This document shows, piece after piece, positions 60,525 to 64,000 of a stretch of 64,000 bases of DNA (positions are counted from its first letter, which is position 1; each line of letters starts with the position of its first letter). Where the stretch lies: positions 32,656-96,655 of the forward strand of contig JZWU02000002.1 of NCBI GenBank assembly GCA_000960865.2. The letters are read 5' to 3'. The notes under the pieces are model-generated. The model was not told the DNA's origin, searched no databases, and saw only the letters and a list, made by a program, of their open reading frames with translations. Made by a program: the position numbers and the translations under genes. The stretch comes from Vulcanisaeta sp. AZ3. GTDB lineage: Archaea; Thermoproteota; Thermoprotei; Thermoproteales; Thermocladiaceae.

Positions 60525-61087
60525 ATGGAGTTTCTCGTACTTAATTGGGATAGATTGGTAGACTTGACTCTTGATCTTTCGTTGTTGATTAAGGGGTCTA
60601 GTCGTAGGTTTGACTCTGTGGTTGCTATCTTAAGAGGTGGGTTTGTCGTGGGTAAGTTAGTTAGTGATTTTTGGGCATTGAAGATTTGGTCGTGCTTGGT
60701 TTAACGAGTTATGGCACTAAGGTTGGGTCTGGCGAGGACCCCGTAGTGACTTATCCAATAACCCGTGACTTGAGGGGTAAGGATGTGCTTATTGTTGATG
60801 ATGTTGCTGATACTGGCAGAACTCTCATAGTTGCCAGGGACTTGCTTAAACTGTACGGTGTTAAGAATATGCAGACTGCTGTCCTCTATGTGAAGCCTTG
60901 GTCGAAGTTTAAGCCAGATTATTATGTTGACATTACTGATAAGTGGATTCTCTTTCCTTGGGAGGTTGGGGAGATTGTTAGGAATCAATTGAGGAGTTCT
61001 GACATAAATTCTGTAATTAATAACTTAGGTCTGAACAATCATTTTAGTGATGCTTTCATTAGTAAATTTATTAAGCTATTTCAATAA
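60525..61087 (+). CDS. Purine (xanthine-guanine type) phosphoribosyltransferase; frameshift at about 60670
   Basis: MEFLVLNW...VAILRGG from ATG 60525 joins VLIVDDVADTGRT...WILFPWE if one T is added to the T5 run 60668-60672. Confidence 0.88.
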
Positions 61088-61092
61088 ATTAA

Positions 61093-62220
61093 TTATTCAT
61101 ACTCTATGGTAGCTGGTGGTTTTGGTGTTACATCAAATCCCACTGCAGCAACCCTATCATCACTATTCATTACCTCTCTTGCAATATCCATCAAAATCTC
61201 GCGGGGTATTCTCGGAACGTCCGCTGTCATGAAGTCCTCAGTAACCACAGCCCTTATCGAAACGAAATACTCACCTTTACTCCTACTCATTAACTCATAA
61301 ACTACATGAGTCACCTCATACCTAGTTGTTAAATAGTTATGAAGCTCATACACGGAGCTCCAATTATTCAGTTCACCCCTAACTAATGCAATGTACCCAT
61401 AGGCTCTGGAATCTCCCTTAACTCCAGTCGCCTTAGTGCTAAATAACTCGACTGATAAGTTGCCTAGTTGTCTAACCTCATTACTCATGGGTTCACTATA
61501 TACCTTATTGTATTCCCAGGCCGCAGCAAACCATTGACTAAGACTAAGGTTTACCAAACTCTTCTCTACAATTTCCGTAGCTCTCCTAACAACGTCAAGC
61601 TTCTCAGATGTTAACTTACCAACAGCCCTTATACTCAATCCAGGTCCTGGAAATGGCTGCCTATTAATAATCTCACTAGGAATACCGAGATACCTAGCGA
61701 TTTCCCTGACTTGATCCTTATAGAATTCTCTTAGAGGTTCAATGAGTTTAAATCCGTACTTGCCCACGGTATCTATGCCTATTTGTTCTAGGACATTATG
61801 CTGAGTTTTAATGCCACCCTTAGTTTCTATCCAATCCGGTGCTATTGTTCCCTGAACTAACCAGTCGCAATTATAATCTCTAGCTATCTTAGACAATACC
61901 GTGTAGAATATATTCCTAAACCTAATTCTCTTTTCTTCTGCATCACTTATACCAAGCATTTCCCTATAGAATTCCTCATGAACATCTAGTATTGTTAAGG
62001 GTAATAAGTTATTTAGTAAGGATTTGACGTTAATGGGTTCATTAGCCCTCATAAAGCCTGTGTCTAAGAATATAGCCTTTAACTTATCACCAAGGGCTTT
62101 CCTCACGATTACAGCACTTGTCGTACTATCAACACCTCCGCTTATTGCGGCCAGGGCACACTTTATCGGTAATGATCTGATATTATCAACTATGTTATTT
62201 ACTACGTTCTCAACTCTCAT
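61093..62220 (-). CDS. guaAB: GMP synthase ATPase subunit
   Basis: SGGVDS, QGTIAPDWIE, IKTQHNV, RQPFPGPGL, KPPATIEYE. Confidence 0.95.
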   Translation of the reverse strand: MRVENVVNNIVDNIRSLPIKCALAAISGGVDSTTSAVIVRKALGDKLKAIFLDTGFMRANEPINVKSLLNNLLPLTILDVHEEFYREMLGISDAEEKRIRFRNIFYTVLSKIARDYNCDWLVQGTIAPDWIETKGGIKTQHNVLEQIGIDTVGKYGFKLIEPLREFYKDQVREIARYLGIPSEIINRQPFPGPGLSIRAVGKLTSEKLDVVRRATEIVEKSLVNLSLSQWFAAAWEYNKVYSEPMSNEVRQLGNLSVELFSTKATGVKGDSRAYGYIALVRGELNNWSSVYELHNYLTTRYEVTHVVYELMSRSKGEYFVSIRAVVTEDFMTADVPRIPREILMDIAREVMNSDDRVAAVGFDVTPKPPATIEYE

Positions 62221-62309
62221 TGTTCATTATTTTAATAATTCATTTTTTAAATATGTTATTCTTAACACTGCATTACTAACGCTATTTGTTTAAATAAATG
62301 TAATAACAA

Positions 62310-62882
62310 TTACTCCTCACCACATAGACTTAGGAAATTCCTCATAATTAACGAACCAAACTCGGTATGTCCAACCTCTGGGTGAAACTGAACACCAAAC
62401 CTAAGTCCACCTTCCCAAACCATTGCCTCAACCGGAACCCTAGAACTATGGGCTATGACCCTAAACTCCCTCGGTGCCTTAAGGACACTTATGTTATGAC
62501 TCTCCCAAGCAATGAACTCCTTGGGCAATCCCTTGAGTATCGTGTCCTCGTCATCAACGTAAACCTTAACACCACCAAACTCAGGTGAATTCTCACCTAA
62601 CTCTCCGCCGTATGCATAAGCCATTAGTTGGTGACCTAGGCAAATACCTAATATAGGCCCTGTGAACTCGAGTATATAATTAATGGCATTACCAGTCCTT
62701 GGAATGTCTTGAGGTATGTTCCAGGGGCCACCACTAATTATTAAGCAATCAAAGGATTTCTCAACATGGTTAATATCCTCATGAGGATCTATAAGAACGC
62801 CTTGAAACCCAAGCTCGGTAATGCGCCTAAGTATTAAATGATTGTATTGGCCACCGAAATTTAAAATCCCAACTTTAGTCAT
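62310..62882 (-). CDS. guaAA: GMP synthase glutamine amidotransferase subunit
   Basis: NFGGQYNHLI, GICLGHQ, WESH, VQFHPEV; likely start MTKVG at 62882. Confidence 0.95.
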   Translation of the reverse strand: MTKVGILNFGGQYNHLILRRITELGFQGVLIDPHEDINHVEKSFDCLIISGGPWNIPQDIPRTGNAINYILEFTGPILGICLGHQLMAYAYGGELGENSPEFGGVKVYVDDEDTILKGLPKEFIAWESHNISVLKAPREFRVIAHSSRVPVEAMVWEGGLRFGVQFHPEVGHTEFGSLIMRNFLSLCGEE

Positions 62883-63063
62883 TATCTCTCTAATACAATA
62901 TTTCTTTAAATGCCTTTCATTAAGAGGTAGCATGCTGGTTGTAGTTATTGTTTAATTAAATCTTTAAATAATAATCATGAATTTCAGTTTAATCAATTAT
63001 TTAAACGATACACCATATTTATTCATAGAAAACTTTATAAATATTTCATTAAACGATGGAATA

Positions 63064-64000
63064 ATGGAGGATCATTCAGGAATCTTCCTTAGAGAGTCCA
63101 CGGGTTTGGTTAAGGAGGCTGGGCTTTGGGATGCTGTTTCAATAAACATGGCTAACATGTCCATGGGAGCTGCCTTAGGCACGGTGGGCTTTACATTGGC
63201 GTTATTGCCCAGTGTTGTTGGTGTTAACTTAGTCTATGCCTCATTATTGGCTTTTCTGCTCTCAATACCTCAGATTATTGTTTATTCAGTATTGACTAAG
63301 TATATACCACGGACCGGTGGTGATTATGTATGGTTAAGTAGAGCCTTCGGTCCTAGGTTTGCTTGGCTGGTTAATGGGCTTGTCATGGCTTTTGTTATTC
63401 AGGCGTTGGCTTATTACGCATTGGTTAGTATTGCTGGTGTGTTTCAGTTAGAGTCTGTGCTTCCAGTACTTGGTTTCAATGTGTCATTCAATACCTGGGA
63501 TATGATTGGTGTGGCAATTGCCTTCTTTGCTTTCATAGTGCTTGTTAATATACTCGGTACTAAGTACGGCTTTAGGTTAATGACTGTATTAACCTCAATA
63601 TCCCTTCTTGGACTTATCATAGCCATAATTATACTACTCACCACACCTAGGTCCGTGATGATGAATGCTGTAAATCACTTATTACCCAATGGTTATTCCT
63701 ACGCATTATTAAGCAGTGAATACAAAGGTCCTGAGACCACCCTAAGTGGTATATTAATGGTTATACCCTTCTTTGCCTTATATGTTTATCCGTGGCTTAT
63801 GGCAGGACCGGCGATAGCCTCTGAAATTAAGGGCAGGTCGGCAGTTAGGTATAATGTTCCCGTGGCTGCCCTTATTACCATGATTCTTATGACTTTGGGT
63901 TTTGGTGTTTTGTATTATTCTTTGGGTTTTGGTTTTGTTACTATGGCTTTGTCTAATCCTGATGTTAATGGTTTTGTGAATTTTTGGAGTGTTGCTATGG
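63064..64000 (+). CDS. APC-family amino acid permease, 3'-truncated by the window
   Basis: MEDHSGIFLRESTGLVKE..., IPRTGGDYVW; no stop seen before the window end. Confidence 0.88.
   Translation, partial: MEDHSGIFLRESTGLVKEAGLWDAVSINMANMSMGAALGTVGFTLALLPSVVGVNLVYASLLAFLLSIPQIIVYSVLTKYIPRTGGDYVWLSRAFGPRFAWLVNGLVMAFVIQALAYYALVSIAGVFQLESVLPVLGFNVSFNTWDMIGVAIAFFAFIVLVNILGTKYGFRLMTVLTSISLLGLIIAIIILLTTPRSVMMNAVNHLLPNGYSYALLSSEYKGPETTLSGILMVIPFFALYVYPWLMAGPAIASEIKGRSAVRYNVPVAALITMILMTLGFGVLYYSLGFGFVTMALSNPDVNGFVNFWSVAM

Noticed and set aside
81-63644. Many short antisense or overlapping ORFs in the track (for example 14306-14746, 15643-16137, 51793-52260, 57282-57722)
   Set aside because: Shadow frames of well-supported genes, with no motifs
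1-64000. CRISPR array, cas genes, integrase or provirus
   Set aside because: No regularly spaced repeats, cas motifs or integrase ORF seen, and no duplicated tRNA end (att site) noticed near either tRNA

Overview
Gene-dense chromosomal window from a hyperthermophilic crenarchaeon (Thermoproteales). Gene content and the AGG/GTT/GGT codon style suggest Vulcanisaeta; this is an inference. Most of the window is housekeeping (spt4, rps24e, rps30e, rpl22, rpl21e, rpo4, aIF5A, GINS-MCM, Hel308, hisS, coaBC, guaAA/AB, speE, thrB, thiM) and metabolism (EtfABCX/Fix, GlcDEF, a thiolase-like pair, OFOR alpha, glucose dehydrogenase), with two tRNAs (Leu-TAG, Gly-GCC). Highlights: (1) a compositionally distinct sulfate-activation island at about 2.5-9.4 kb with sat, a conserved small ORF, aprBA and a stand-alone QmoC-like membrane protein, interrupted by a decayed IS200/IS605 tnpB right end; (2) a radical SAM-SPASM plus B12-radical SAM pair resembling the Gms/Gmm tetraether-lipid enzymes; (3) an uncharacterised module of APC permease, methyltransferase, metallophosphoesterase and nucleotidyltransferase; (4) four box C/D sRNA candidates missing from the ORF track, one with both guides complementary to the tRNA-Leu encoded in this window; (5) a Pus10 lacking its catalytic Asp, divergent from a free-standing degenerate LAGLIDADG protein. 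Four genes are split by single-base shifts in 5-nt homopolymers, most likely sequencing errors. All family assignments come from motif recognition; no database searches were run.
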